A stretch of 64,000 nt of DNA from contig CAZWAK010000007.1 in the NCBI GenBank assembly GCA_964631865.1, positions 1,934 to 65,933 of the forward strand, written 5' to 3'. The position numbers were made by a program, and so were the translations under genes. The notes beneath the pieces were generated by a model, which worked only from the letters and a program-made list of their open reading frames with translations, searched no databases and was not told the DNA's origin. The DNA comes from an uncultured Heliobacteriaceae bacterium. GTDB taxonomy: Bacteria; Acidobacteriota; Blastocatellia; RBC074. Of the stretch, positions 49,522 to 60,425 are shown one piece after another; the stretch's first letter is position 1, and every line of letters starts with the position of its first letter.

Positions 49522-50600
49522 CGTGGTCTGGGGAACGACGGTTTGCCCCCTCCGAGTTGCTGTCCGACGAGCAACTGATTTTGACTTTGCACATAATTCG
49601 CCAGCGCCATTTGCGCTGCACCGACGGCGGGTTTGCAGAGCGGCGTGGCAATGATCGCGTTTGGCGCAAAGGCTGTGATGTCTTCACGCAAGGGTTGCAA
49701 AATCAAATTGCCTGCGCCGAACACGCCGCCGACATAACCGATGCGAAACGTTTCGTCGCGCATATTCAATTGCGCAATCACGGCTTTGATCGCGCGTGCC
49801 AATTCGTGCGCAGCGTCTTTGAGAATTTCAATCGCAACGGCGTCGCCTGCCTGCGCGGTTTCGACGACGAGTTTGGAAAGCTGCGCGATTTGCGGCAGCA
49901 CGTTGGCGTCAGGATTGTAGATCACTGCCGGAAGCTCAGGCGGCGTTTTCACATTGAAGAAGCGGCAGACTTTTTCGGTCAACGCGGTCTCTTCGTGGCG
50001 ACGATAATCATACGCGGTCATCACGGCTTCGAGCGCGCGACGACCGATGTACGTGCCGCTGCCTTCGTCGCCAAGCGTCGGCCCCCAACCGCCCGCGCGC
50101 GCGACTTCGCCGTCTTGGTTGACGCCGTACGCGATGGAACCTGTGCCGGCAATAATCACGATGCCGGGTTTGCCTGCGGTGGCTCCGGCGAGCGCAATGC
50201 GCGCGTCGGTTTCGAGCGTGAAGCTCAGCGCGGGCAAAGCGGCCTCAATCGCATCGTACATTTTGCGATGGTTGTCGGGATGCGACACGCCCGCGAGACC
50301 GATGCAGGCGGCAGTGATTTGATGCGGTGCGATGTTGGCTTGACGACACGCAAGAATGATTGCGGTCGTGACGGATTGCGTGGCGGCTTCGACGCCAACG
50401 CGGTGAAAATTGGCGGCGGCGGCGCGACCTTCGCCCACTAAATATTCAGACAGATGAACGCTGGGATCCGCCGCGACGCGAAAGATCATCGCTCTGGTAT
50501 TTGTCCCGCCACCATCCACGCCCAGCCAATACGGCAAATCTTCCTGCGCTTCGGCTAGATTCCTGACAACAGAATCTAAAACCTCGGTGAGGTGGAGCAT
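49518..50600 (-). CDS. BadF/BadG/BcrA/BcrD-type ATPase, N-acetylglucosamine (or MurNAc/GlcNAc) kinase-like
   Basis: LGVDGGGTNTR... ASKHA-fold motifs. 4-nt overlap with murQ. Confidence 0.7.
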   Translation of the reverse strand: MLHLTEVLDSVVRNLAEAQEDLPYWLGVDGGGTNTRAMIFRVAADPSVHLSEYLVGEGRAAAANFHRVGVEAATQSVTTAIILACRQANIAPHQITAACIGLAGVSHPDNHRKMYDAIEAALPALSFTLETDARIALAGATAGKPGIVIIAGTGSIAYGVNQDGEVARAGGWGPTLGDEGSGTYIGRRALEAVMTAYDYRRHEETALTEKVCRFFNVKTPPELPAVIYNPDANVLPQIAQLSKLVVETAQAGDAVAIEILKDAAHELARAIKAVIAQLNMRDETFRIGYVGGVFGAGNLILQPLREDITAFAPNAIIATPLCKPAVGAAQMALANYVQSQNQLLVGQQLGGGKPSFPRPR

Positions 50601-50780
50601 AATATTTTTCTATCCTTCCCACTCCATGCAACGTCGTGCATCACGCCCGCCAAAAAACGCACGGCGCGAGCTTCCCACTGATACAACCGACGTTCCCTTT
50701 TGTAGCCTGGGGAAGTTTTATATTAAACTCAGCGCGTGTCATAAATAAAACTAAAAGTTCTGATGGTAATGATAAATGAA

Positions 50781-50854
50781 AGTTGTCAGTTGTCAGTGGC
50801 TGGTTGTCAGCTACTGTGTTTTTGCTGGCAACTGACAACCGACAACTGACAACT
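50781..50854. promoter_or_regulatory. Heptamer-built palindrome (TTGTCAG x3, T-rich centre, CTGACAA x3) in the divergent promoter region between the kinase gene and the LysR gene
   Basis: agttgtcagttgtcagtggctggttgtcag ctactgtgtttttgctggcaa ctgacaaccgacaactgacaact. Confidence 0.6.
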
Positions 50855-50858
50855 GCTT

Positions 50859-51746
50859 ATGGAATTCCGACAACTCCGAACTCTGCTGGCCATTGCGGAA
50901 ACGCGCAACTTCACGCGCGCGGCGGAGCGTGTGCATTTGACGCAGGCTGCCGTGAGCGCGCAGATCAAAACGCTTGAAGCCGAAACCGGCGTGCCGTTGT
51001 TTGCGCGCGTGAACAAAAAAGTTTTTCTGACCGAGGCGGGCGAATTGCTGGTGCGACGCGCCGAGCGTTTGCTCAAAGCGCACGACGAAGCTTTGCTTGC
51101 GCTCAAGGAATTGGGCGATGCCGAACGAGGCCGCCTGCGCATCGGCACGGCTTCGACGATGGCCAGCAATGAGCAATTGCCAACGATTCTCGCGGAACTC
51201 AAACGCGCGTATCCGAAAGCACAAGTCACCGTGCGCCGCGCGACGAGTGCGGAAATCGTCGCGCAGATTTTGCAAAACGATTTGGATGTCGGCTTGGTTT
51301 CGCTGCCCGTCGAGGCCAACGACATTCGCGCTGAGGTGTTGCAACGAGATCGTCTAGTTGCTATCGTGCAACCTGCTCATCCCCTCGCGCATCAACGCAG
51401 CATAAGCCCCCTACAACTCGCTGCCGAGCCGCTGATTCTCGGTGAACAGGGCGGCAACACCCGACGGTTAATTGATTTGTTTTTTGAGAAATCTGGTGTG
51501 CGGCCCCAAGTGGTCATGGAATTGGGCAGCAACACTTCGATCAAACGCATGGTCGAGCACGGCCTGGGCGTGAGCCTGCTGCCGCGTTCGTCGGTGCGCG
51601 AGGAGATGAAGGCTGGTAAACTAATTGCGTTGCCGGTGCGTGGCTTTAAGGATAATTGGGAATTGGGGCTGGTCACGCTCAAAGGCGATCACGTGCCGCC
51701 CCTGCAACGAGCCTTCAAGCAGCTTTGCAAACAATATTTCGACTGA
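50859..51746 (+). CDS. LysR family transcriptional regulator
   Basis: N-terminal HTH ...LRTLLAIAETRNFTRAAERVHLTQAAVSAQIKTLE... and a substrate-binding domain. Confidence 0.85.
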   Translation: MEFRQLRTLLAIAETRNFTRAAERVHLTQAAVSAQIKTLEAETGVPLFARVNKKVFLTEAGELLVRRAERLLKAHDEALLALKELGDAERGRLRIGTASTMASNEQLPTILAELKRAYPKAQVTVRRATSAEIVAQILQNDLDVGLVSLPVEANDIRAEVLQRDRLVAIVQPAHPLAHQRSISPLQLAAEPLILGEQGGNTRRLIDLFFEKSGVRPQVVMELGSNTSIKRMVEHGLGVSLLPRSSVREEMKAGKLIALPVRGFKDNWELGLVTLKGDHVPPLQRAFKQLCKQYFD

Positions 51747-51759
51747 GGAAACTTTGAGG

Positions 51760-52920
51760 ATGAAACAAACACGACAAACCTGGTTCAGCGTCATCATCAG
51801 TGCCACACTCATCATCAACTTATTCGCCTTTTCTGCGTTCGCACAACAACGACGACCACGTCGTACCAGCGACGTAGAATTCAGCCCGCTCGCAGCAGGC
51901 ACACGGGTCTTGCCCAGAGGCTACGTGATCGTCCTGCGCCTGGACACGCGCTTGGATTCCAGCCGTGTGCGTCCGAGTGATCGCTTTTACGCGCGCCTTG
52001 ACGAACCCATCACGGACGAAGCGGGCAGCATGATCTTGCCCGCGAATTTATTGGTGATGGGCCACGTCAGGGAGGCCACGCCCGCACAGATGGGGCGGCG
52101 TTCCGGCCTCATCGAAATCGAGTTCGACCGCCTGGCCATGCCTGACGGACGCGAGCTGCCGGTCAAAGGCATTTTGACCAGCGCCGATCCGGCAGAACGC
52201 AAAAAACTCAAAATTGATGAAGAAGGCGTGCTGGAAGGCGGCGGACAAGTGAAGCGCAACACCGTGTTTGTGGGCGGCGGCGCGGCGACAGGGGCGGTGA
52301 TCGGCGCGATTGCGGGAGGCGCGGCGTTGGGCGCGGCAGTCGGCGCAGCGGCAGGTGTGGTCGCGGTGTTGTTGGCCAAAGGCAAAGAAGCGATTGTCGA
52401 GCCAGGCACATTGATTGGCCTCGAATTGACGGAGTCGTTGGACTTGACGCAACGCGGCACGATTCCGCCACCACGACCGACAACACCAGCGCCAACGACA
52501 CCAACCACGACGCCTTCGCCTTCAACGCCCGCGCCGAATCCCAGTCAACCTCCTGCGACAACGCCGGACACAAACGGTTCGCAGCAGCCTGTTCCGCTAC
52601 CGACGCCGCCTCAGGAACCGCAACTGGTGAAAGTCAGTTTTGTGCAAGTCGAGCGTGTGTCGGGGAATTCGATTTTGGTGGTTGCCACAGCCGAAACAAC
52701 CTCTGGCGGCTGGCGCGTCAAGGCGGAGCATCAAGTTAATCAAGACACGCTGGAAGTATGGGTCAAAGGCACGCCGCCGGAAGGTCGCGCGTCCAAAGCC
52801 ATCTCGCATCCGACGGTCACCACAACGGTGGCAGACCCCAGTCGTGCCATTCGCCGCGTCGTGGTTCACGGTCTGGGCGGCGACCGCACCGTCGCCGTGC
52901 CGCAACAAATTCGCCGGTAA
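51760..52920 (+). CDS. Secreted protein with a glycine-zipper segment and a Pro/Thr-rich linker
   Basis: Signal peptide, GGGAATGAVIGAIAGGAALGAAVGAAAGVVAV, and PPPRPTTPAPTTPTTTPSPSTPAP. Start trimmed to MKQT. Confidence 0.5.
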   Translation: MKQTRQTWFSVIISATLIINLFAFSAFAQQRRPRRTSDVEFSPLAAGTRVLPRGYVIVLRLDTRLDSSRVRPSDRFYARLDEPITDEAGSMILPANLLVMGHVREATPAQMGRRSGLIEIEFDRLAMPDGRELPVKGILTSADPAERKKLKIDEEGVLEGGGQVKRNTVFVGGGAATGAVIGAIAGGAALGAAVGAAAGVVAVLLAKGKEAIVEPGTLIGLELTESLDLTQRGTIPPPRPTTPAPTTPTTTPSPSTPAPNPSQPPATTPDTNGSQQPVPLPTPPQEPQLVKVSFVQVERVSGNSILVVATAETTSGGWRVKAEHQVNQDTLEVWVKGTPPEGRASKAISHPTVTTTVADPSRAIRRVVVHGLGGDRTVAVPQQIRR

Positions 52921-52937
52921 CAACAACGCCAACGACG

Positions 52938-53573
52938 ATGAAATTTTACGACATCACCGTTCCGTTCTCGACCGATTTGCCCGTGTATCCGGGCGATCCA
53001 GCCGTGCAAATCACGCAAGTCGCCAGCCTCGCGGCAGGCGATATTTGCACCGTGTCGCATTTGAGTTTTGGTTCGCACACGGGCACGCACGTAGACCCGC
53101 CGGCCCACTTCGTTGCAGGTCGAGCGACGTTGGACGAATTGCCGTTGGAAGTGTTGATTGGCCCGGCGCGTGTCGTGGATGTCGGTGAGATCAGCGCGAT
53201 TGATGTGGTGACGATTGACGCCGCGAATTTAACGGGCGTCGAGCGCGTACTGTTCAAAACGCGCAATTCACGGCTCTGGCAAGCAGGCGTGTGCGAATTT
53301 GAGACAGCGTTTGTTTACCTGGAAACAGCAGCGGCTGAGCGATTGGTGGAACTCGGCGTGAAACTGGTCGGGATTGACTATCTCTCGGTGGAAAAATTCA
53401 ACTTCGAACAGCCCACCACGCATTACGCGCTGCTCGGCAACGATGTCGTGATTGTCGAAGGCTTGAATTTAACGGACGTGGCGGCGGGCGATTACGAATT
53501 GATTTGTCTGCCGATGAAAATTCAGAACGGCGATGGCGGCCCGGCGCGAGTGGTGCTGAGAGAACTGGCTTGA
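52938..53573 (+). CDS. Cyclase family protein (kynurenine formamidase-like)
   Basis: HTGTHVDPPAH matches the cyclase HxGTHxDxPxH motif. Confidence 0.8.
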   Translation: MKFYDITVPFSTDLPVYPGDPAVQITQVASLAAGDICTVSHLSFGSHTGTHVDPPAHFVAGRATLDELPLEVLIGPARVVDVGEISAIDVVTIDAANLTGVERVLFKTRNSRLWQAGVCEFETAFVYLETAAAERLVELGVKLVGIDYLSVEKFNFEQPTTHYALLGNDVVIVEGLNLTDVAAGDYELICLPMKIQNGDGGPARVVLRELA

Positions 53574-53594
53574 GGCGCTTTTGTGGGGAGCGGG

Positions 53595-55190
53595 TCAATT
53601 ACACTCGATCAACGAAGTTTCCGCCAGAATGGCTTCGGGTTTGGCGTCCGCTTGTTGCAGCAGGCTGTCGAGCGTCTGACTCAATTCCTGTTGGAACGAA
53701 CCGCAAATGCTGTCGAGGTCTACCAGCAGGTCTTCGTGATCCAGTTTGCGATACAGCGTCATCGCGCCGATGTCGTGGTTTTGATGACGCAGCGGCACGC
53801 GCAACGACCACTTAGCCTCTACCGTTGTCAGTTCGTCCACGTCTCCACCCGAACGTACTTTGCCCCATCGAACATTGGTCGCGTCGGTAGGCATCGGTTT
53901 CCATCCGTTCATCTCTGCCCCGGCAGCGAACGTTGGTTGGTGAGACGTACTGGCGAGTGTCTTGAGTTCCAGCGTGATGCTGTCAAAATCATTCATCTCG
54001 CAAATTTGACTGAGCAACGCGAAAATCTTTTCGGCATCTGCCGTCTGCTTCATCGCGGCGCACAGTTGCCGGACATTCACATTGGCGATCATTCGGCGGC
54101 GGCGGCGCGTGACGCCTTGACGGATTTTACTCCCGATTACTTCAAATTCAGGGTAACGAAGCCGTTGCACCCCCACCACGATCAACACGCCCAACGTGCT
54201 AAAAATCAACGCGGCGAGCGAGCGACGCGGATTCAGTAGCAAAATGCCGAACAGACAAAATACGCCGCAAACCCCGTACAGCAAAATCGTCGTTTGTCGC
54301 ACCGACAAACCGTGATCCAGGAGCCGATGATGAATGTGCCCGCGATCACTTTGCATCAGCGGTTTGCCGCCCACGAACCGCCGAATCACGGAGAGAAAAA
54401 TTTCGACGATGGGCAAGCCGAACGACACCATCGGAATGGCAATCGCAATTGTCGTCGTTCCTTTTTGCGCGCCAATCAACGACAGCACGGCCACCATAAA
54501 CCCCAGCATCAGGCTGCCCGAATCGCCCAGGAAAATCGAAGCGGGGTGAAAGTTGAAATAAAGAAACCCGACGACGGCTCCGAGCAAAATGATCGCCAGC
54601 AAACCGATCTCGAAATTCCCTACGGCCACAACCGTGAACAAAATCGAAAGCAGCGCAAACGCGGAAATACCGGCGGCCAAGCCGTCCACGCCATCCACCA
54701 GATTGAACGCGTTCGTGATGCCGAGAACCCAAATTAAGGTCAGCACAAAGCCCAGCCCCTCCGGCAGGGCAAAGTTTTCGCCCAGAAACGGCAGCGAAAC
54801 CAACTCAATGCCGAATCCCCAATACTGCAATAAAACGGCAGCCCCGCTCTGCACGGCAATTTTGACCCAGGCACTGCAACCCTTCAGGTCATCATACACG
54901 CCCAGCAAAAAAACTACGGCGGTACACAAGACAATAGAAAGATACCACTGCGGATGCGCATTGAAGCGTTGCCCGATTTCATTTTGCAGAAACGGCACGC
55001 AGCAAAGCGTGAGCAGGAAGCTCGCAAAAATCGCCACGCCGCCCAGGCGCGGCGTAGGTTTCTGGTGAACGCGGCGCTCGTTGTCGGGAATATCTATTGC
55101 ACCCAATGCCATCGCCAACCGCGCGATCAGCGGCGTAAAGACCAACGTCAAAATCAGTGCAATGAGAAATAATACGATGTAGGAGCGCAT
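53595..55190 (-). CDS. Undecaprenyl-phosphate N-acetylhexosamine-1-phosphate transferase (WecA/MraY family) with a roughly 200-aa C-terminal extension
   Basis: Polytopic. ...VYDDLKG..., ...NAFNLVDGVDGLA..., ...HIHHRL... motifs of the MraY/WecA family. Confidence 0.8.
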   Translation of the reverse strand: MRSYIVLFLIALILTLVFTPLIARLAMALGAIDIPDNERRVHQKPTPRLGGVAIFASFLLTLCCVPFLQNEIGQRFNAHPQWYLSIVLCTAVVFLLGVYDDLKGCSAWVKIAVQSGAAVLLQYWGFGIELVSLPFLGENFALPEGLGFVLTLIWVLGITNAFNLVDGVDGLAAGISAFALLSILFTVVAVGNFEIGLLAIILLGAVVGFLYFNFHPASIFLGDSGSLMLGFMVAVLSLIGAQKGTTTIAIAIPMVSFGLPIVEIFLSVIRRFVGGKPLMQSDRGHIHHRLLDHGLSVRQTTILLYGVCGVFCLFGILLLNPRRSLAALIFSTLGVLIVVGVQRLRYPEFEVIGSKIRQGVTRRRRRMIANVNVRQLCAAMKQTADAEKIFALLSQICEMNDFDSITLELKTLASTSHQPTFAAGAEMNGWKPMPTDATNVRWGKVRSGGDVDELTTVEAKWSLRVPLRHQNHDIGAMTLYRKLDHEDLLVDLDSICGSFQQELSQTLDSLLQQADAKPEAILAETSLIECN

Positions 55191-55201
55191 AACAAATTAT
55201 T

Positions 55202-56395
55202 TCAATCCAGTAAACGTTCGCCAGCCATCACAGCTTTATAAACTTCCAATGTTTGGCGAATAACCAATTCCTGCGTAAATTTCTCCAACACCAAAGCGCG
55301 ACCATTGGCTCCCATTTCCCGCCGCAAAGCCGGGGCGAGAAGTAATTTTTGCAAAGCATCAGCCAGTGCAACCGGGTCTTTGGGCGGAACCAGCAGCCCG
55401 TTCCATCCATCCCGCACAATTTCACGACAACCGGTGACATCGGTCGTCACAATCGGTCTGCCGGACGCCGCCGCTTCAATCAAAGACAGCGGTAAGCCTT
55501 CGCGGTACGAAGGCAAACAAACAATATGCGACTGCGCCAGCAACTCCGGGATGTCGCTGCGATGCCCAACCCATTCGACCAATCCTTCTTTTTCCCAGCC
55601 TCGCACCTCCGCTTCCGTAATTGCGGTGGGATTTCCGGGATCGAGCATGCCAGCCAGAAGCACGCGCAGTTGTTGCCCGCGCTGCTTGAGAAGGCGGCTC
55701 GCCTCGACCAATTCGACCACCCCTTTGTCACGCAGCATGCGAGCCGTGAGCAAAATGACGGGCGTGCCGACTGGCTCCGGTTTTGGAGTAAAGAGCGTTG
55801 TGTCTACTCCCGCCCCGGCAATCAATGCGGTTCTGCTTTCAGGCAGGATTTTCCGCTGCACAAAAAAAGACCGATCATCCTCGTTTTGAAAAATGGTGCG
55901 GGCGTTCCGATTTGCCAGACAAAGGCGATAGGCAAAGGTCAATGCGCGCCGCAGCACGCGCGCCTGCCACTGATTGGACGTGAAAAGATAGCCGAGTCCC
56001 GTCACCGCGTTCACAGTTGGGACGCGCGTCAGACGCGCCGCGATGGAGCCGTACAGAATCACGCGCAGCGTGACCTGATGCACAAGCTGCGGCTGCCAGC
56101 GCCGATGCAACGCAACAATGTTGGCTATCGTTCTCCATTCCGTCAGCGGCGTCGCGCTCAGTCGTTGCAACCGCAGCGGTTCAAAATCGAAGCCTTCCGC
56201 CTGAATGCGTTCGACATATTCGCCCGGCAACGTGGCCACCGTGACCGCGTATCCAGCCGCGCGCGCGGCGCGTGCCAGCCGCAGACGATGTGTCCAAAAA
56301 TACCAATCGTTGGGAATCAAATACAGAATGCGCGGTTGCGCCGTGGGCTGCTGCGCCGAAGCCGAGTCAGTAGCCAACTTCGCAGGCCCAATCAT
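55202..56395 (-). CDS. Glycosyltransferase family 4
   Basis: C-terminal GT4 motifs (...[26 protein letters not shown]...). Start set at MIGPAK for a 4-nt overlap with asnB; it could extend to 56455. Confidence 0.75.
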   Translation of the reverse strand: MIGPAKLATDSASAQQPTAQPRILYLIPNDWYFWTHRLRLARAARAAGYAVTVATLPGEYVERIQAEGFDFEPLRLQRLSATPLTEWRTIANIVALHRRWQPQLVHQVTLRVILYGSIAARLTRVPTVNAVTGLGYLFTSNQWQARVLRRALTFAYRLCLANRNARTIFQNEDDRSFFVQRKILPESRTALIAGAGVDTTLFTPKPEPVGTPVILLTARMLRDKGVVELVEASRLLKQRGQQLRVLLAGMLDPGNPTAITEAEVRGWEKEGLVEWVGHRSDIPELLAQSHIVCLPSYREGLPLSLIEAAASGRPIVTTDVTGCREIVRDGWNGLLVPPKDPVALADALQKLLLAPALRREMGANGRALVLEKFTQELVIRQTLEVYKAVMAGERLLD

Positions 56396-58356
56396 CTCGC
56401 TTCTTCGCTCAACCAAGCCTGGAACATCAAAATGGGCCATAAGTAATAATGCCAATTGCGCGCGCCGGACAAATGCTCAAGCCATCGCTCCCGCACTAAA
56501 TCTGCTTTGAAAAAGCCTTCCGTGCGCAAGCGGTTTTCATCAATCAACGCCTCCGCCCATTCGCGCAACGGCCCGCGCAACCAAACATCAATCGGCACGC
56601 CGAACCCTGTTTTCGGGCGTTCGATCAATTCACGCGGAACAAACTTATAAAGCAGTTGCCGCAAAATCCATTTGCCTTTGCCGTCCCGAATTTTCAGGTG
56701 CAGCGGCAAACGCCAGGCGAATTCAATCACGCGATGATCGAGAAACGGAACTCGTGTTTCCAGACTCACGCCCATCGCCGCGCGATCTACTTTCACCAGA
56801 ATGTCATCGGGCAAATATGTCATGAAGTCCAGAAACATCATGCGTTGCTCAAAATTTGTCCCGTCGCCCCAAGCTTGACTAATAGCCATCGCAGTCGGGT
56901 CTTCGTGCGTGTGCAACACCAAATCGTCCGTTTTCTTCCAGGTCGAAATCAAACTCTGATAAATAGCCTCTGGCTGCTCGACCACCAGAATCTCCGCCAG
57001 TTTATGCAGTTTGTCGCCGGGCACGTTGTAGCGCAGGCTGCCGGGAATAATCATTTTCAGCCCCTGAAACGTGTGATTCCAGGTGGTCGGCGAGACGGTT
57101 GTAATCCCAGCAGCAGCGGCCTTTCTAAGTCCGAGTGGAATCCAACCCAGCTTGTTCCAGATGTTGGTCGCCCAAAAATATCGGTTGTACCCACCAAACA
57201 ATTCGTCTCCGGCATCGCCCGACAAACTGACCGTCACCTTCCGCCGCGCCAGTTGAGAGACGAGGAAGGTGGGAACTTGTGACGAATCGGCGAAGGGTTC
57301 ATCGTACAGTGCAGGCAGCTTCGGGATCACCGCCAACGTTTCGGCGGGCGTGACATAAAATTCTGTGTGATCGGTGCCCAAATGACGCGCCACCGCCTTC
57401 GCAAATTCTGCTTCGTTGTATTCGGTCTCGTGAAAGCCAATCGTAAAGGTCTTGACCGCTGACGCCGACTCGGCCTGCATTAAAGCCACAATCAACGAAG
57501 AGTCTATGCCGCCCGACAAAAACGCGCCGAGCGGCACATCGGCGATCATCTGCCCGCGAATCGTTTCGCGTAAGATCGTCTCCAATTCGGTCAACGCTTC
57601 TTCTGCCGTGCCGGAAAACATCTGAGCGCGTGCTTGATGGGCAATCTCCACCGGGTCCCAATACGGCTTCGGCACTAGGCTTTCTTTGCGCCCACAAGCC
57701 GCCAACGGAATCGTCAGAATCGTGCCCGGCAACAGCTTGTAAATACCGCGATAGATCGAATACGGCGCGGGAATATAGGTATAGCGCATCAAGAGCGCCA
57801 GCGCTTTTCGCTCGACTTCTCCGCGCCAATCTGGGTGCGCACACAACGCTTTCAATTCCGAGCCAAAGAGCAACGCCTCGCCGACCCAGCCATAATACAG
57901 CGGCTTCTCTCCAGCGCGATCTCGCACCAGATGTAGCACTTGTTCTCGCCGATCCCACACCGCGAACGCGAACATCCCGACGAAGCGTTTGACCGCCGCT
58001 TCTATGCCCCATTGAGTAAAAGCGGCCAGCATAACTTCCGTGTCCGAATGGCCTCGAAAACCGTGTCCTAAAGACTCTAACTTCGCTCTTAACAGTGGGA
58101 AGTTATAAATCTCTCCGTTGAAGACAAGCACATATCTGCCGTCCGCAGAAAGCATCGGTTGATGGCCTTCCGGGGACAAATCCACGATGGACAGACGGCG
58201 ATGCCCCAATCCAATTCCCGTTTCGGTCTCCACCCAGGCACCACTGTCATCCGGGCCGCGATGAAGCACCGCACAGGCCATCTGCGCAGCGATGTTCGTG
58301 AGTTCTGCTTCGCTTCGGTGATTCGCGGAATCAAGAAAACCCGTTATGCCACACAT
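56392..58356 (-). CDS. asnB: Asparagine synthase (glutamine-hydrolysing)
   Basis: N-terminal MCGITGF... GATase Cys2, and the PP-loop SGGIDSS. Confidence 0.85.
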   Translation of the reverse strand: MCGITGFLDSANHRSEAELTNIAAQMACAVLHRGPDDSGAWVETETGIGLGHRRLSIVDLSPEGHQPMLSADGRYVLVFNGEIYNFPLLRAKLESLGHGFRGHSDTEVMLAAFTQWGIEAAVKRFVGMFAFAVWDRREQVLHLVRDRAGEKPLYYGWVGEALLFGSELKALCAHPDWRGEVERKALALLMRYTYIPAPYSIYRGIYKLLPGTILTIPLAACGRKESLVPKPYWDPVEIAHQARAQMFSGTAEEALTELETILRETIRGQMIADVPLGAFLSGGIDSSLIVALMQAESASAVKTFTIGFHETEYNEAEFAKAVARHLGTDHTEFYVTPAETLAVIPKLPALYDEPFADSSQVPTFLVSQLARRKVTVSLSGDAGDELFGGYNRYFWATNIWNKLGWIPLGLRKAAAAGITTVSPTTWNHTFQGLKMIIPGSLRYNVPGDKLHKLAEILVVEQPEAIYQSLISTWKKTDDLVLHTHEDPTAMAISQAWGDGTNFEQRMMFLDFMTYLPDDILVKVDRAAMGVSLETRVPFLDHRVIEFAWRLPLHLKIRDGKGKWILRQLLYKFVPRELIERPKTGFGVPIDVWLRGPLREWAEALIDENRLRTEGFFKADLVRERWLEHLSGARNWHYYLWPILMFQAWLSEEAR

Positions 58357-58364
58357 AGCAATCG

Positions 58365-59456
58365 TTACCTGATAGGATGGGATAAGACTTCTCGATAAAG
58401 GTTTTCGTAGCGCGCGACGACGGAACTTAAACTAAAATGTTCTTCAATCCTACGCCGCGCCGCCGCACCCAACGCAACTCGTTCAGGTTTACTCATCATC
58501 AATATCGTTCGCCATCCAGCAGCCAACGCCTGCGCGTCGCGCGGCGGTACTACAAGACCAGCGTCGCCGATTATCAGGGCCGAATCGCCCACGTCTGTAG
58601 CCACACACGGAACGCCACAAGCCATGGCTTCTCCCAGCACATTGGGGAAGGCTTCGCTTTCCGAAGAACTAGTGGCAAGGTCAAGAGCGAGCAGAATCGG
58701 CGTGACATCTTCACGCCTTCCAAGCAAAAAGCAAGCGTGTTCAATGCCTGTCTGTTGCAGGAGCGCCATCAATTCCTTGTTCTCCCAATGAATTCCGTTG
58801 CCGCAAAGAAGAAAGCGAGCAGCAGGCATGTCTTTCAGCAGTAAAGCTGCCGCCTGAGCAAAATTAGGAAGGCCTTTTCTGCGATCATATCGAGTAATTA
58901 GCCCGATCAATGGCGTTGTACTTTCCAAACCCAATTCCTGGCGAAGCGAAGTAGAATTTTCCTGACTAGCCCGATAATGTGTTAGGTCAAAGCCATTAGG
59001 GATAACGACTATTTTGTCGGAATCATAACCCATTTCAAGGTGCGACTTCCGGGCGGTTTCCGAACAACTAACAATGCGAGTAGGAAGCAATGACGATAAG
59101 CGGGCACAGACTTTAGTTAGTATAAACGTCTTTTTATCTTTGATATAAGGAGCAACGTCAGCTCTGATATTCCATACGACGGTGGCATTTGTACTGAGTT
59201 TTCCTACAATGCCCGCCATCAAATCTGCGTGGTACATCCAGGTTTGAATAATATCTACGGGGCGACCTGCCAGGTAACGCCAGAGCCTCCCTAATTTCGC
59301 AGGTGAAGGAATTTGCATCCCTTGCCTCAGCCCCAACGCCCTAACCGGGATGCCGAGCTGCTGAATTTTTTCTCCTAATTGCCCCTGATCTGTTAACGAG
59401 ATAACTTCCAAATCAAATACTTCTTTATTCATGCCGACGAGAAGTCTATAAAGCAT
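58365..59456 (-). CDS. Glycosyltransferase family 4 whose N-terminal beta-strand/Gly-loop is encoded upstream of the first ATG
   Basis: GT4 motifs (...[27 protein letters not shown]...). The in-frame upstream codons read ...KIHIVHVISGLLAGGAES before MLYRLL, with no ATG/GTG/TTG. Confidence 0.65.
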   Translation of the reverse strand: MLYRLLVGMNKEVFDLEVISLTDQGQLGEKIQQLGIPVRALGLRQGMQIPSPAKLGRLWRYLAGRPVDIIQTWMYHADLMAGIVGKLSTNATVVWNIRADVAPYIKDKKTFILTKVCARLSSLLPTRIVSCSETARKSHLEMGYDSDKIVVIPNGFDLTHYRASQENSTSLRQELGLESTTPLIGLITRYDRRKGLPNFAQAAALLLKDMPAARFLLCGNGIHWENKELMALLQQTGIEHACFLLGRREDVTPILLALDLATSSSESEAFPNVLGEAMACGVPCVATDVGDSALIIGDAGLVVPPRDAQALAAGWRTILMMSKPERVALGAAARRRIEEHFSLSSVVARYENLYREVLSHPIR

Positions 59457-59566
59457 TGATTCAGCCCCTCCGGCAAGAAGCCCGCTAATAACGTGAACAA
59501 TATGAATTTTATTTTGCAGAAGCCAAAACCATCCGTAACCTGCGATAGGCGAGCTATCTCAGATAG

Positions 59567-60424
59567 TTATTTTTTGTACCCCACGGCTGTCCAGAATTGA
59601 TCTGTATGGAAAGTAATATCACGTAACCCCGCCCGCAGCATCATTTGCCTCACTTGTAATTGCGTGAAGCGTTGTTCGAGGCGCGTCCCAAACCGGTCAA
59701 GCGCATCATTTCTCATCACGTACAACGTACGGTGGCGATACCAGGCTAAGGGAAAGTGTTCTACATTTACCCCCAGTGCTTCTAACCCTAAAGCAAAACG
59801 AGCCAGTGGCCAGTAAATTAACCTCGCTAATATGTCACTTATGAGAGATCTTAGAGGAAGAGGTAGCCGAGAGATAAGGCGGCGGGCTAAGTCACTTCCT
59901 TTCCAAATCAACCTAAACCAAAACGGACGGTTATCAAACGCATAATACAAATAGAGTAAGAAAGGAGCACCAGGTTTGAGTTTGGCAATACATTGCCGAA
60001 GCCCAGCCTCCGTATCAGGAACATGGTGCAACACTCCTAATGAATATCCAAAATCAGCAGAGTTATCAAGTAAAGGAATAGCATCTACACTGGCTTGATA
60101 AAACTGACAATTTGACACTTCCTTAAGATTTAGGCGCGCAACATCAAGTGCTTCCGCACTAGGGTCAATCAGATGTAAGAAGCCAACTCGTGGGGTAACG
60201 AATTTCGCCCATCTTCCACTGCCACAACCTAAATCAAACCCCACCGCATTCGGTGGTAACTTCTCCCAGGGGAAAATATTAAAATAACTATCAAACATCA
60301 CAGACAACTCTGCGGCTGAGAGCTTCGATTGATCAAATCGTTGCCACTCGTCCCCAAACCCCTTTACAACTTCTTCGTGAATATTTGCGGCTGTCATTGC
60401 CTGGGGAAATAAGGAATTCCGCAT
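59567..60424 (-). CDS. Class I SAM-dependent methyltransferase
   Basis: ...VGFDLGCGSGRWA... motif I. Confidence 0.7.
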   Translation of the reverse strand: MRNSLFPQAMTAANIHEEVVKGFGDEWQRFDQSKLSAAELSVMFDSYFNIFPWEKLPPNAVGFDLGCGSGRWAKFVTPRVGFLHLIDPSAEALDVARLNLKEVSNCQFYQASVDAIPLLDNSADFGYSLGVLHHVPDTEAGLRQCIAKLKPGAPFLLYLYYAFDNRPFWFRLIWKGSDLARRLISRLPLPLRSLISDILARLIYWPLARFALGLEALGVNVEHFPLAWYRHRTLYVMRNDALDRFGTRLEQRFTQLQVRQMMLRAGLRDITFHTDQFWTAVGYKK

Positions 60425-60425
60425 C

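Noticed and set aside
51625-52920. ORF start at 51625
   Set aside because: It overlaps the 3' end of the LysR gene. A signal peptide begins at MKQT (51760).
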